A stretch of 64,000 bases of DNA from Eledone cirrhosa. Lineage: Eukaryota. Under the pieces are notes generated by a model. That model saw only the letters and a list, made by a program, of their open reading frames with translations, was not told the DNA's origin and searched no databases. Positions 48,401-62,534 of this stretch are shown piece after piece (the first letter of the stretch is position 1; every line of letters begins with the position of its first letter). Made by a program: the position numbers and the translations under genes. The stretch lies in contig OZ024761.1 of assembly GCA_964016885.1 (NCBI GenBank), forward strand, positions 23,932,001 to 23,996,000, given 5' to 3'.

Positions 48401-50365
48401 CATACCCACCCTCACACACACACACACACACATAAACACACCAGGAAATCTACACACAGTGACACATCGTTGAACTATGCCGAAAATGAAAGTAGTGAGA
48501 AGAGAAAAAAAAAGGCGCCATTTTGTTAACTTTCATTGCTTGTTTATTTGTATTTAAACTGAGGCCCTTTTTATATATATTTTTAGGGGGTCACAGCAGG
48601 GGATATTAAAATGGCGGCGGCTTGTGTTTTAAAGTAATTGCAACGTGTAAAGTTAACAACAACAACAACGTGTAAAGTTAACAACAAAAAAATATAGGAA
48701 GAACAGCTCCAACAACAACAACAACACCACCACTACCATTTCCACTACCGTCACTACCACCACCAACATCACCAGCACCACCTACACTACCACCTACACC
48801 ATCATCACCAGCACTATCACCACCAGCACCACCTCCACCACCACTACCAAAACTACCACCTCCACCACCACCACCACCACCACCACCACCGCCACCACCT
48901 CCACCATCATCACTACCAACTCCACCACTACTATAACCATCACTACCACTACTACCACCATCATCACCACCACCACTACCACCACCATGACCACCACTAC
49001 CACCATCATCACCACCACTACTATAACCACCATGACTACCACCACCACTACCACCATCATCACCACCACTACTATAACCATCACTACCACCACTACCACC
49101 ACCACTACCACCATCATCACAACCACCATCACTACCACCACTACTATAACCACCACTACCACCACCACCACCACCACCACCACCACCACCACCACCAGTT
49201 GTTGGTGTTGGTGTTGTTGTTGTTGGTGTTGGTGTTGTTGGTGTTGTTGGTGTTGGTGTTGTTGTTGTTGGTGTTGTTGGTGTTGGTGTTGGTGGTGTTG
49301 TTGTTGGTGTTGTTGGTGTTGTTGGTGTTGGTGTTGGTGTTGTTGTTGTTGTTGGTGTTGGTGTTGTTGTTGTTGTTGGTGTTGGTGTTGGTGGTGTTGT
49401 TGTTGGTGTTGTTGGTCTTGGTGTTGGTGTCGGTGTTGTTGTTGGTGTTGTTGTTGTTGTTGGTGTTGGTGTTGGTGGTGTTGTTGTTGGTGTTGTTGGT
49501 CTTGGTGTTGGTGTCGGTGTTGTTGTTGGTGTTGGTGTTGGTGGTGTTGTTGTTGTTAGTGGTGTTGTTGTAATACTCTGGAAGGTTTAAAGAGAACATC
49601 TCCAGCTTAACCTTAGACCAGCAGAAGACCAGGATATTAACATACCGTTGTTCTGTTAACAGAGTAATTCTTATTCCTAAATGAATAACTTATTAACATT
49701 CTTAAATCCTCACATTCCACCATTCTACTGCCGTCGTATTCCGTCATTCCACAGGCAACCTATTATATGTCTTCAAGGGGGTGGATTGGCAGAATCGGTA
49801 GAGCGTCGGACAGCATGCTTTATGGCATAGAGTTATTGCCAACGACCTTCACACACACACGCACACGCACCCCACCCCCCACACACACTCACTCACATAC
49901 ACAGATACATGCACTCACACATCCACACAGACAAATACACACACACACACGCACACAGACAGAGGTACCCACACACACCCACACTCACACACACTCACAC
50001 ACACCCACCCACACTCACACACACACACATACACGCACAGACACTTGCACAGACACACACACCCACATACAGCCACCAGCACCCACACACAGACACACAT
50101 ATACCCACACTCACACATACCCAGCCCGGTTCCAGAATCAGGTTCGATCATTAATAGACCGTTCCTCGAGCTGATCGACAATGAAACATATGTAATATGT
50201 AATTAAATATGTATATAATACAACACTGATTCTTTGTTCCCTTATATGTTAATACTATGGATACACTGCTCCCCAAGAGCACGGAGTGCTCATTCGGCAT
50301 ACCGCCTACGGACGCAATTAATTTGTACGTTAATACATATATATATATAGGAAAATGTTTGACCC

Positions 50366-50974
50366 CGTCCACCATATAACTTCTTTCACCATGGCCACCG
50401 TACAGAGGAAAACCGCCTCTCTTTCGTTTTTGAAAGAGTCTGGCGGTTTGATCCTTACTATGGACTCGATAGATAGATATACTGTGGTTACCCCTGATTG
50501 AACCCGGAATAACTTTATATATATATCGAAGGAGTTGTGGTAAGAAACCAGATGGACCATAAAGCACCAGAGTACTCAATACTTAGGGTAGTAGAGTGGG
50601 TAATAGGAAAATGTTTGACCCCGACGGCAGAGCTCAAGCCGTTTCGACGGCTATTTCTGGACTCCATCACCATTACAGACCAGAAATAGCCGTCAAAACG
50701 GCTTGAGCTCTGCCGTCGGGGTCAAACATTTTCCTATTACCCACTCTACTACCCTAAGTATTGAGTACTCTGGTGCTTTATGGTCCATCTGGTTTCTTAC
50801 CACAACTCCTTCGATATATATATAAAGTTATTCCGGGTTCAATCAGGGGTAACCACAGTATATCTATCTATCGAGTCCATAGTAAGGATCAAACCGCCAG
50901 ACTCTTTCAAAAACGAAAGAGAGGCGGTTTTCCTCTGTACGGTGGCTATGGTGAAAGAAGTTATATGGTGGACG
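50366..50974. repeat. 295-bp-arm near-perfect palindrome (50366-50660 / 50680-50974)
   Basis: The arms are reverse complements, with about 2 mismatches seen and a 19-bp spacer. The same ORFs appear on both strands in the track. Confidence 0.95.
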
Positions 50975-51418
50975 AGGTTGAGAGGACTGAGGACAGATGC
51001 CTTTCTCTCCGGACAACAATTGATTCCCTTCTTTAAGTATCACTTTAGAAGGAGAATCAGGGTGGAGAGAGAGGCACTGCACCCCAGTAAATTTACTGAA
51101 AGGTGGGTGAATGAAGCGAAAATGGCCCGAGTGATTGGGCCTTCTCTGTTTATAAGCCTGTAAGTTGAGGAAGAGAGCAAAAGGAAGAAAGGAGCACTTG
51201 CACAACACGCTCCTCGAGTTGAGGGTTGTTCTATCGACGGGGTATTAAACAACCCATTTGTGGCGCCTCCCCCCCTATTGGGGATTTCGATTGTTGAAAT
51301 TGTTTGTTTGTTTTTATATTTTTTACACGACTGTATATAAAATCTCCGGCATGTCTTTGTATTGTCCCCTTTCTTGTTGCGCCCTTGTGGCTAATAAAGA
51401 AATCTATCTATCTATCTA
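50862..51418 (+). mobile_element. 5'-truncated Tx1/L1-clade LINE 3' end with 3' UTR, AATAAA and (TCTA)n tail
   Basis: C-terminus ...VAMVKEVIWWTR...FTERWV..., stop at 51163, AATAAA at 51393, (TCTA)4 at 51403. Confidence 0.7.
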
Positions 51419-51609
51419 TGATGAAGGTAGTGGTGATGGTACCAGTGGTAGTGGTAGTAGTGGTGGTAGTAGTGGTGGTAGTAGTGGTGGTGGTAGTAGT
51501 GGTGGTAGTAGTGGTGGTAGTGGTGATGGTAGCAGTAGTGGTGGCAGTAGTGGTGAAAGTAGTGGTGGTAGCAGCAGTAGTGGTGGTGATGGTAGCAGTA
51601 GTGGTGATG

Positions 51610-51662
<53 letters not shown>

Positions 51663-53334
51663 AGTAGTGGTAGTAGTGGTAGTAGTATTGGTAGTAGTAA
51701 ATAGAATTATATTTAATGTTTAATTTAATTTAATAAATTTTGTTAAAATACTCAGTTTCTGCTTCAATGAATGACATACATTAGTGGTGGTGGTGGTAGT
51801 GGTGGTAGTGGTGGTAGTGGTGGTAGTAGTGGTGGTAGTGGTGGTAGTAGTAGTACTGGTGGTAGTGGTGGTAGTGGTGGTAGTAGTAGTAGTGGTGGTA
51901 GTGGTGGTAGTAGTAGTAGAGGTGGTAGTGGTGGTAGTAGTAGTAGTGGTGGTGGTGTTAGTTTAGTGGTGAGATACAGTAGTTATGGCTGGTAATTAAA
52001 TTGTAGTTGTGGTGGTAGTAGTGGTGGTAGTGTAATGGTGGTGGTATAATGGTGGTATAGTGGTGGTAGTGTAGTGGTGACATACAATAGTTATGGTTGG
52101 TAATTGAATTGTAGTTGGGGTGTTAGTAGTGGCGGTGGTAGTGGTGGTAGCACTATAGTGGTGGTGGTAGTGTTGTTGTGGTGGTGTAGTGTTGGTGGTA
52201 GTGTTGGTGGTAGTGTAGTTGTGGTGGTGTAGTGTTGGTGCTGTAGTAGCAGTAGTTGACATTAGGCTTTAATCACAGAACAGTCTCTGATCAAACCTAA
52301 AATCGAAAGCGTTCCGGCCGTGCCAGTCCCACTTTTTCAGACAGTAGAATATCATTTGAGGAGAAATTGTCTACCATTTCTAGCATATCCAGTGACGACA
52401 ACGAGCTTGCCTGCTTGTCATTACTATGTATACTGTTGTTGTTGTTGTTGCTGGTGTTGTTGCTGGTGTTGTTGCTGGTGTTGTTGTTGTTGTTGTTGTT
52501 GTTATTGTTGTTGTTTTTGTTGTTATTGTTGTTGTTTTTGTTGTTTTTGTTGTTGTTATTGTCGTTACTGATGTTGTTGTTGTTATTGTTGTTGTTTTTG
52601 TTGTTGTTATTGTCGTTATTGATGTTGTTGTTGTTATTGTTGTTGTTGTTTTTGTTGTTTTTGTTGTTGTTATTGTCGTTACTGATGTTGTTGTTGTTAT
52701 TGTTGTTGTTTTTGTTGTTGGTTTTGTTGTTTTTGTTGTTGTTATTGTCGTTACTGATGTTGCTGTTGTTATTGTTGTTGTTTTTGTTGTTATTATTGTC
52801 GTTATTGATGTTTTTGTTGTTGTTTTTGTTGTTGTTATTGTCGTTACTGATGTTGTTGTTGTTGTTGTTGTTACTGTTGCTGCGGTTATTATTGTGGTCT
52901 TTGATGTTGTTGATGATGATTACTATGCCGATGTTGATGTTATTGTTGTTACACCCTCCATCTACCCTTCTCCTCCCTCTCTACCCCCCCCCATCACTCC
53001 CCCTCCCCCTCTCTACATCCCTTCCGCCATTCCCAGTCCGCCATAATTGAATAACAATCACCAATAACATTATTGTAATGAAATTTCAATTATACTCGTT
53101 AAAAAAAAACTCATCTATAACCACATACACACCCACACACACGCATATATATACACACACACATATATACACACACACACACAGATACAGCCACATATAT
53201 ATACACACACATATATACAGCCACATATGGACATATATATATACATACACACACACACACACATATATATATACACACACAGACATACAGCCACATATAT
53301 ATACACACACATATACAGCCACATATGGACATAC

Positions 53335-53403
<69 letters not shown>

Positions 53404-53997
53404 CACACACATATACACCCACATATATACATATAGGTATATACATGCATATATACATATACGCACACATACACACATATATATATATATATATATATAC
53501 GTACCCATATGTATACATACATACATATATAGATATACATATATACATATATACATACATGTATATATACATACACATATATATGTATATACACATACAC
53601 ATGCATATACATATATATATACATACATGCATATGTACATATATACATACATATGTACATATATACATACATATATGCGTACATGCATACATATATACAT
53701 ACATATGCACACATACATACTCACATATACAGACATACACACTGAGATACAGTCACTAATGCAAGATGGCAGTTAATGTGTTCATCTCACGACTGTATGG
53801 ACGTGGTTTCAATTCCTGCACCGAACGCACACACACACACATTCACACTCACATAAATATACCCTTATCCACACATGCATACACATACACTAAAATGTGA
53901 CTTCATTATTAAATAACTGGTTTCGAAAAGTCCCAGGAGGGGACGAAACGTTGGTAAATCAGCATTTAATGTATTAATGTATTTGGTGTCTATTTTA

Positions 53998-54036
<39 letters not shown>

Positions 54037-54694
54037 AAATATAAAACAATCAAAATTTTGCTTAATACATTTAATTGCTGACGATCGTTTCTTCCAGGAC
54101 AACTGTATGGAATCATCGGAGCGTACACAATGTTTAAACAATTACATTCCTAGTTTTTAGAACATTCATTAAGATACAATATTATTAACAGTGTCAGTGA
54201 CACCATATTGAAAAGCAAGAGTAACAAAATGATATTATAGTAAACAGATAGCAAAATATTGGGAGCTGTTGTAAGGAGGTTATTACTTAAAGTGATTATA
54301 ATAAGCATATTATAGAGAAAGTTATGCAATAATGCAGAAAGTGATATCAATCTTATTACATACAGAATGTTGAAAGTGGCATGCATTATGGTAAAAATAG
54401 ATAGCATAGATATACATGTTATGTAATGCGAATAATATAAGTAAAATAAGACAAGTTAGTAGCATTCAAAAATGTTTATATTAGAGTTAATGTTTATGTT
54501 AGAGTTAATCTAGAAAATGTTTATATATATATATAAACATGGTAACGCATTGGTCCGGCATACCAAAGATGTGGGTTCGTATCCCATGTACGTCTATGCT
54601 CATCCTTTTTTCCACTCAGAGGGTTTTCTAAAATCCCAACTAACAGACTAATTTTATTTACTCAAATATATGTAAACATAATCACTTTCCATAT

Positions 54695-54920
54695 ATATTT
54701 ATTAAAATAACAGATTAAAGTTTAAGCAAAGAATCGCTGCTTTCACCCTTAACGGGATCTTCAGTTTCAGAAGATCCCGTTAAGGGTGAAAGCAGAGATT
54801 CTTTGCTTAAACTTTAATCTGTTATTTTAATAAATATTTGCTCTACGGTTCTTATATATTTGATATATATTTATCCTTATCGAGCCCTCTTTGGATTTTA
54901 GTCTTCAAATTTATTATTAT

Positions 54921-54922
<2 letters not shown>
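54695..54922. mobile_element. Family B hammerhead element, 68-bp inverted arms (54695-54762 / 54770-54837)
   Basis: Minus arm reads CTGAAGA-TCCC-GTTAA-GGGT-GAAA-GCAG...TTGC-TT. Fragments at 23199, 23381, 27911, 36990 and 57392. Confidence 0.75.
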
Positions 54923-55010
<88 letters not shown>

Positions 55011-55146
55011 ATAATAATAAATTTATATATATAAGAAACTCAAAAAGGGGTAGGAGAAAGAAAAAGAAGATAAAGGAAGCCAAAAGAACTATAAAAAGAA
55101 AAAGAAGACAGAAGGGGCCAGCATGTTGTTGTTGTTGTTGTTATCA

Positions 55147-55199
<53 letters not shown>

Positions 55200-56201
55200 T
55201 TTATTTTTATCATTATCATCATCATTATTATTTTTTTGTTTTTGTTTTTGTTTTTGTTTTTACCCTTCCGGTGAATGTGCGCATGTGTTAATGTTGGCAA
55301 TTGTCACAGCTTTATCCGGCAGATTACTCCGACGCAAACCGGAATATCAGAGGAGAAAAAGTGTGATAAAAGACTGCGCATTCGTCAACTACTGAGGAAC
55401 TTCTGCTGTTTACACCTCCCGCACTTCTGGAAGGGGTGGGTGGCCGGCTGCGTGTACGTGTGTGTGTGTGTGAATACGTGCGCCTGTGTATGTGTGTGCG
55501 TGTGTGCATGTGTCTGGGTACGCCTGTGTCTGTGTATGTGTGTGTTTGTGTTTTACGTCTGTCTGTGCATGTGTTTGTGTGTGTCTGTGGGTAGACGTGT
55601 GTGTTCTCTCTATATACACGTGTTTGTGTGTGTGTGTGTGTGTGAGTGCTTGTGCTTATGTCTGTGTGTACATGTGTGTTTGTGTGTGCCTGTGTCTGTG
55701 TACGTGTGCGTTTGTGTTCTGCGTGTGTGTATGTGTGCGTGTGTGTGTTTCTGTGTGTGTGTGTGTTTTATGTGTGTGCATGTGCAGGTGTGCATTTGTG
55801 CATGTGTCTCTGTGTACGTGTGCGTGTGTGTTTGTTTGTGTGTCTGTGTGTGTTTGTGTGTGTGTATGTGTCTGTGTAGAGGTGTGTGTTTGTGTTTGTG
55901 TGTATTTATGTTTGTGGTTTGTGTATGTGCGTGTGTGCATGCTTTTTGTGTACCTGTGTGTGCGTGTGTGTGTTTGTGTGTATTTATATGTGTGTCTGTG
56001 TATGTGTGTATGTGCCTCTGTGTGTACATGTGTGTGCTTGTGTTTATGTGTGTGTCTGTTGATGTGTGCATGTGTCTCTGTCTCTGTGCATGTGTGGTTA
56101 CTACGTGTGTATGTGCATGTGTACACACGTAGCTTTCACTAATGTAATATACGTGTTTCACCACGCATCCACATACATACATATATATATACATAGCTAC
56201 A

Positions 56202-56252
<51 letters not shown>

Positions 56253-56255
56253 CTG

Positions 56256-56299
<44 letters not shown>

Positions 56300-56371
56300 A
56301 GGTAAGTTTTATGTTGATTTAACACTTCACTGCTCGCAAGTGTTTTTTAAGCTTCATATCATGTCTCCCTA

Positions 56372-56435
56372 TTTTATCTGATGAGAACGCAAATATCCCA
56401 TGATGATATTTGTTTTTGAAATGCGCATAATAAAA
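56372..56435 (+). ncRNA. Minimal type I hammerhead ribozyme
   Basis: TTTTAT-CTGATGA-GAAC-GCAAATATC/GATATTTGT-TTTT-GAAA-TGCGCA-TA^ATAAAA, with palindromic ATGCGCAT helix III. Confidence 0.8.
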
Positions 56436-56466
56436 GACTTGGAACTCTTTTAACCATCTTTTATCT

Positions 56467-56624
<158 letters not shown>

Positions 56625-56643
56625 GTGTATATATATATATATC

Positions 56644-56703
<60 letters not shown>

Positions 56704-56977
56704 AAATCATGAGTATGTTATACGTATACAACTGAAAAGGGTTTTTTTCCATATCAATTTTGTGTGCGTTAAAGAGCGTTTCGTTAATATCACGGGGATT
56801 GAAGGAGGGAGAGGGTGAGAGAGATAGAATGAGGGAATGAGCGAGAGAGAGAGTGTGTGTAGGGGGGGGGGTGAAGCAGTATATCTTTTATAGAAGTCAC
56901 ATTGACATATCTAGCTTGAACATACAGGGAACTTTGTATATCTGCTTATCTTGTTCAGGTGCAGCCTTTACTTATGC

Positions 56978-57028
56978 AAAACCTGATGAAAGTCTGGTCT
57001 CGAGCAACTTCGAAACATATGTAGTTGT
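56978..57028 (+). ncRNA. Minimal type I hammerhead ribozyme
   Basis: AAAAC-CTGATGA-AAGT...ACTT-C-GAAA-CATATG-TA^GTTGT, with palindromic ACATATGT helix III. Confidence 0.7.
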
Positions 57029-57046
57029 TTTATAAATATAGTACTA

Positions 57047-57281
57047 CTAGCGGAATGGCCCGGCGTTGCTCGGGATTCTAAACATAGATTGACATGTTTG
57101 TCCCTGCTTTCTGAAACAGTACAGAGAAGTACGGAATACCTCGGCCTCGGGAAGGTGTCTACATTTTGTGCTTAGATTACAAGGTTTTTTTTTTTTCCGT
57201 GCGAAGAAAACCAATACGTTATCGCGAAATGAATACATTTGTTTATATTTTGTTATTGTGTATGCAAAAATATCTGTACAC

Positions 57282-57364
<83 letters not shown>

Positions 57365-57367
57365 CAC

Positions 57368-57398
<31 letters not shown>

Positions 57399-57513
57399 TA
57401 ACAGATTAAAATTTAAGCAAAGAATCGCTGCTTTCACACTTAACTGGATCTTCTGCTAAAAAAAATCAATCCGTGAACGCAGAAGTAAATATTTTGAAAA
57501 ACGTTACGTTACG

Positions 57514-57548
<35 letters not shown>

Positions 57549-57881
57549 CACACACACTATATATACATATATACACACACACATATAGCGTCATAATGAC
57601 GTAATGCAGACAGCCAGGCATACAGACAGATATTATAAAGACGCGACGTTATATCTATGTATCTATCTAAAAAGAAAGACTAAGAATTATAGAGAGAAAT
57701 CTCTAAATCGCCTAAGGCGTCCCCTAGGGCATTGAACATTTGAAATTTCTTTTGCTCAAAACACTCACAGGACCATAAGTATTACATCTGTAAAGTTTGA
57801 AAACAATCCGTTGGGTGGTTCTCGAGCCTTAGGGAGCTGACATACAGACAGACAGACATTCTCTGTTTTTAGATATATAGA
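57047..57881 (-). mobile_element. Non-autonomous Helitron (Lep1-like architecture)
   Basis: Minus strand starts A|TCTATATATC with (CTGT)n near the 5' end. It ends with the hairpin CCCGAGCAACGCCGGG and then CTAG|T. Confidence 0.8.
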
Positions 57882-57931
57882 TAATATAGTACACACATAT
57901 ACACATGCTAGCGCACATATACTTAAACAGA

Positions 57932-58026
<95 letters not shown>

Positions 58027-58161
58027 ACACAGACATATATTAAACAGAGACGTAGAAACACACAGAGACAACACATACATTAATGTACTTTTCATCTCTT
58101 TCTCTCTCTCTCTCTCGATATACATATACATATATATGTCTATTTCTCTCTCTCTCTCTCT

Positions 58162-58234
<73 letters not shown>

Positions 58235-58301
58235 TATTTCTCTCTCTCTCTATCTATATATATATATATATATATATGTCTATTTCTCTCTCTCTCACTC
58301 A

Positions 58302-58345
<44 letters not shown>

Positions 58346-58445
58346 ATATATATATATATATATATACTATCCGGGAGCTTCTAACAGTAATGGTTGCATT
58401 TTTTAAGGGTATGTCAATATTTATTTATAAAACTGATCTATATTG

Positions 58446-58510
58446 TATTTTGTCTGATGAAAGCACACCATAATTTAAAGTGGTGTCCTTGAAATATGTA
58501 TAATAAAATA
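58446..58510 (+). ncRNA. Minimal type I hammerhead ribozyme (family E, element ~58407-58555)
   Basis: TATTTTGT-CTGATGA-AAG-C-ACACCA/TGGTGT-C-CTT-GAAA-TATGTA-TA^ATAAAATA. Confidence 0.8.
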
Positions 58511-58643
58511 AATATGGTTTTATAAATATAGTTTCCATTTGTTAATATCGTATATTTATATTTACTCCAAATACTTGTTGAGTGCTTTATATCAGTTATA
58601 AAAATATTTGCTTGTTGTATCCCACCAATTTAAATAGAACTTT

Positions 58644-58727
<84 letters not shown>

Positions 58728-59471
58728 GATAGATAGATAGATATTCGCCCATACTTTTTATTCAGTTAATATTTTTTCGTTTTAATATATGAATACATAC
58801 ATCCATTCATACCAACATCCATATCTACACAAAAGCAGCCATGCATACGTAGATACATCCACATAAAACATAAACAAATACACACGCTCTCATATATATA
58901 TAAATTCACATATACAGACCCACAGTAATACACATACACATGTTTCAACGTACCTCTGTGTATCTATAGGAATTTCACCCACAATCTCTCGCTAGCTTAC
59001 CTAAATCGCGTAGACTAATTCAAAGTGACTTTTAAAAGTCATTAATATTCATATATGCAAAGTAACTCGCCACTTAGGATACTTACAAGTATATTTCATA
59101 TGCTTCCCCTGTCTACTTTTGAACTATGTCAGATTTTAGATATTAAAAAGTATATATAATTTAGCGATCAGAGTGAATAAATATTTCCTCCATATTAAAT
59201 TTGATTTCAATGGCGGTTTTATTGGCAATATAAAGGCGGCCATTTTTTTGTTGTCATTTCGTAGCGTTTTTATCATAGATTGGCTAACTTGTCACCATCC
59301 ATATTTGAAACCAATGTTAGTATTTCTATCTTAATGTGACCTTTATAAGTATATAAGTTTTAATATTCTTTCCTTGCTAGATATCATGGAATATGTTTAT
59401 AAATCGTGTTCTATCGACTGTCTATCAAAGTCGCATTGTTTTAGTCCTATTTTGGGATATATATATGTATA

Positions 59472-59509
<38 letters not shown>

Positions 59510-60287
59510 GTTTATCTCTTTCTCTCTCGCTTTCTCTCGCTTTCTCACTCTCTCTTTTTCTCCCTCTTCATATGTATGTCAATATATATGTGACTCTGTC
59601 CCTTTCTATACTCACTATATTCTTCATATATATCTATATATCTATATTTGTTTCTTTATGCATATATATATATACGAGTATGAATGTTGATATATATGTA
59701 TGGATACATACATACATGTATGTATGTATGTATGTATGTATGTATGTATGTATGTATGTATGTATGTATGCATACATGTATGTATGTATGTATGTATGTA
59801 TGGATGGATGGATACATGTATGCATATATGTATGGATGTATGTATGTATATATGTATGTATATATCTATTATGTATGTATGTATATATCTATTATGTATG
59901 TATGTATATATGTATGTATATATCTATTATGTATGTATATATATGCACATATATACGTACGTATATTTACGGATGTATGGATGAATGTACGTATACCTTA
60001 AAAGCATAGGCAATAATTCTAAATAGATTTTTGAAAATTCATGATTCAAGACAACCATGTGAGCATGTTATATATTACAGTTTAAAAAAGTTGTTTGTCA
60101 TAACGATATCACACAATATCACTGACTGAGTTCACCCCGCGTAGACATTGTCAGTGAAACAGTACTGTGCTGTCACATGCTATTATTGTAAAAATATTGG
60201 AACGGTTTCAACGCCATCATGCGGTGAATAAACAAAACACTGCCATATTGAAATCGATAGTTGTGTGTTTATCTTGTTGCGAATAAT

Positions 60288-60290
<3 letters not shown>

Positions 60291-60383
<93 letters not shown>
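60291..60383 (+). repeat. (TCTA)n microsatellite directly upstream of the LINE
   Basis: Directly visible. Confidence 0.95.
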
Positions 60384-60623
60384 TAAATCTAGCTGTCGTC
60401 TGTTCTACAGTGTGGATGTCATTCACTTCGCACAGAAGTTTTGTTCAAATTTATTGAGGAAATTTTGTGAGTTCAAACTTAATTTTGATACAATTGTGTA
60501 GCTTGACCCTCCGTCTGAACTGTCAGGCGGTGGGTCAGCTCATCTTTACCCCTCCTAGAGGTGAAAAACCTGTTTTAAAAAAAAAAAAAATTTTGTGTAA
60601 AAAATTTCAATCGTCTAACAGAA

Positions 60624-62501
60624 ATGTTAAACGCAGCGAACGAAAATAGTGGTGGGGGGACAGCGGTAAGAGTTGTAAGCTCGCACGCTTTAGTCCTCCC
60701 TTCCTTCCCAACTAACGTCATAGAGAAGGAAGGAAAAATGAAAATAAAAACGGACGAATCTGCGGAGAAAAAATTAAATGTCGAAAACAACGAAGAAAAA
60801 AAATTTGAAAAATTGCATGACAATACTAATAACACAAACAAAGACACAACAAACAAAAAAATAACAGTTGAAAATAACATAATATCAGAAAACAAAGCAG
60901 ACGACAAGACTTCATTTGCACAGAAAACAAAGAAATCTTTGACTTATATAGCGGAAAACATTTCAGATGTGGTACGAAGGATCACGGACGCAAAACAATA
61001 CATAAGTGAAGGTGAGAATGGTATTTTATTGGTAAAAATGCCTCAAGAATTCACGAAAGACATTGAAAGCCGAACGGTCAAGTTTCGGACCATCAACAAC
61101 AGTACAAAAAAACCTGAACAGCCTTCTCAAGCAGATATCAAAACAGTACTCGCAGAAGTACTGAATGAAACAACTTTCATAAGAAAAGACAGACTGTATG
61201 GAAGCCTAGCAATTATCATGAAGAACGAATCGGCGGCAAAAAAATGTGCTTTGTCACCGATTCGTTCGAAAAATTTCACCTTTTATCCATCTTATATGGG
61301 AAAAAAAACTCAACGCATATGGCTGGATGCAATGATGCCAGATGTGGACTACTGCTGGCTCATAGCTGGCTTCATCGATCCAGTGAATGACAACGTGATT
61401 TCCATTGGGAAAACCACAGGCAATGCGTTCAGTGGAACAGGTATAGAGCTGGTAGTACAAATGAAGCCTGAACGCATCGCCCAAATACCCGACAGAATCC
61501 TATTAGAGGACCACGGGTATATAAACATTAGCGTGGAGGGGAGAAGGCCGTCCTGCCATATCTGTGCAGGCAGAGGGCACCTGAAGGCCGCTTGTCCCCA
61601 GCTCAACAAAAAGAAAACCCTGCTACCAACACCAGCTCCACCACCACCACCACAACAGATAAACAAACAACAAAACTCAGTCCCACCCAACCCGTCCCTC
61701 AGTAACACCACAACACCACCACAACACAAACAGTCACAACACATTACCCCAAAACAAAATACAGGCCCACCCAACCTCTCACTCAATAAAACAACACAAC
61801 CACCGCAGACACAACACACAACACAGTCTAACATAGTGACATCCATCTCCCCCACAAAGAAAACCAACACGGAAACATTACCAGCAAACATACCTCTTCC
61901 CTCCAACACTGAAGATAACCCAACGAATTCGGAGGAAGAAACGGAGTCCTTCAGACAGATTAAAAGGAAAAAAAGAAAACATGTGCAAAACACACAAGGA
62001 CAAACAACCCCCACCCAAATCGCAACACAATCTAACAAAACAGAAAACACCCCTCCAGCAACAAACAAAACCAAACCTGCCCCTCCCCTCTTCGAAACAC
62101 TCACACCATCGGAAAAAAAGACATTACACTATACTTACATCAACAGAAACAATAATAAATTAAATGAACTCATATACAATAATCCTTCGGTACAAACCGA
62201 AGGTGTAAACTTTGTTTCATCAGAAAACCACCCACATTTAAAACTAATAAAAATCCCAATGAACCTCTACCAAAAACTAAAAAAGGATTTTAAGGAGGAC
62301 GTAGGACCACCCTCTGTCAAACCCATAAACCGCGTCCTACTAAAAAGCTTTCCCCCTCCCCTTCCCCTCCCCAACACAACTCCAAACACCCCAACCCCAC
62401 CACACACCGACGACCCCACACCACCACAAGACACCCCTTCACCCAACACCCCCGACCCCATGGAAGTCGTGCAACCCGAACCCCGGGAAGCGGAAAGGTA
62501 G
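60624..62501 (+). CDS. LINE ORF1 (gag-like, CCHC zinc knuckle, Pro/Thr-rich C-terminus), 625 aa
   Basis: Long non-repetitive ORF. CHICAGRGHLKAAC fits CX2CX4HX4C. Confidence 0.9.
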   Translation: MLNAANENSGGGTAVRVVSSHALVLPSFPTNVIEKEGKMKIKTDESAEKKLNVENNEEKKFEKLHDNTNNTNKDTTNKKITVENNIISENKADDKTSFAQKTKKSLTYIAENISDVVRRITDAKQYISEGENGILLVKMPQEFTKDIESRTVKFRTINNSTKKPEQPSQADIKTVLAEVLNETTFIRKDRLYGSLAIIMKNESAAKKCALSPIRSKNFTFYPSYMGKKTQRIWLDAMMPDVDYCWLIAGFIDPVNDNVISIGKTTGNAFSGTGIELVVQMKPERIAQIPDRILLEDHGYINISVEGRRPSCHICAGRGHLKAACPQLNKKKTLLPTPAPPPPPQQINKQQNSVPPNPSLSNTTTPPQHKQSQHITPKQNTGPPNLSLNKTTQPPQTQHTTQSNIVTSISPTKKTNTETLPANIPLPSNTEDNPTNSEEETESFRQIKRKKRKHVQNTQGQTTPTQIATQSNKTENTPPATNKTKPAPPLFETLTPSEKKTLHYTYINRNNNKLNELIYNNPSVQTEGVNFVSSENHPHLKLIKIPMNLYQKLKKDFKEDVGPPSVKPINRVLLKSFPPPLPLPNTTPNTPTPPHTDDPTPPQDTPSPNTPDPMEVVQPEPREAER

Positions 62502-62534
62502 GTCTCTACACTCTCCTTTGGCTCTGCCGCCCAC

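Noticed and set aside
51421-51960. Gly/Ser-rich linker-like ORFs
   Set aside because: (GGT/AGT)n microsatellite directly after a LINE tail, with no splice or coding context.
53915-53965. GTCCC-AGGAG-GGGAC-GAAACGTT hammerhead-like motif
   Set aside because: The CTGANGA core is absent, so it is counted only as a degenerate remnant.
54538-54595. tRNA-like sequence (GGTAACGC...GGTTCGTATCCC)
   Set aside because: No complete acceptor stem. More likely a SINE head or pseudo-tRNA than a tRNA gene.
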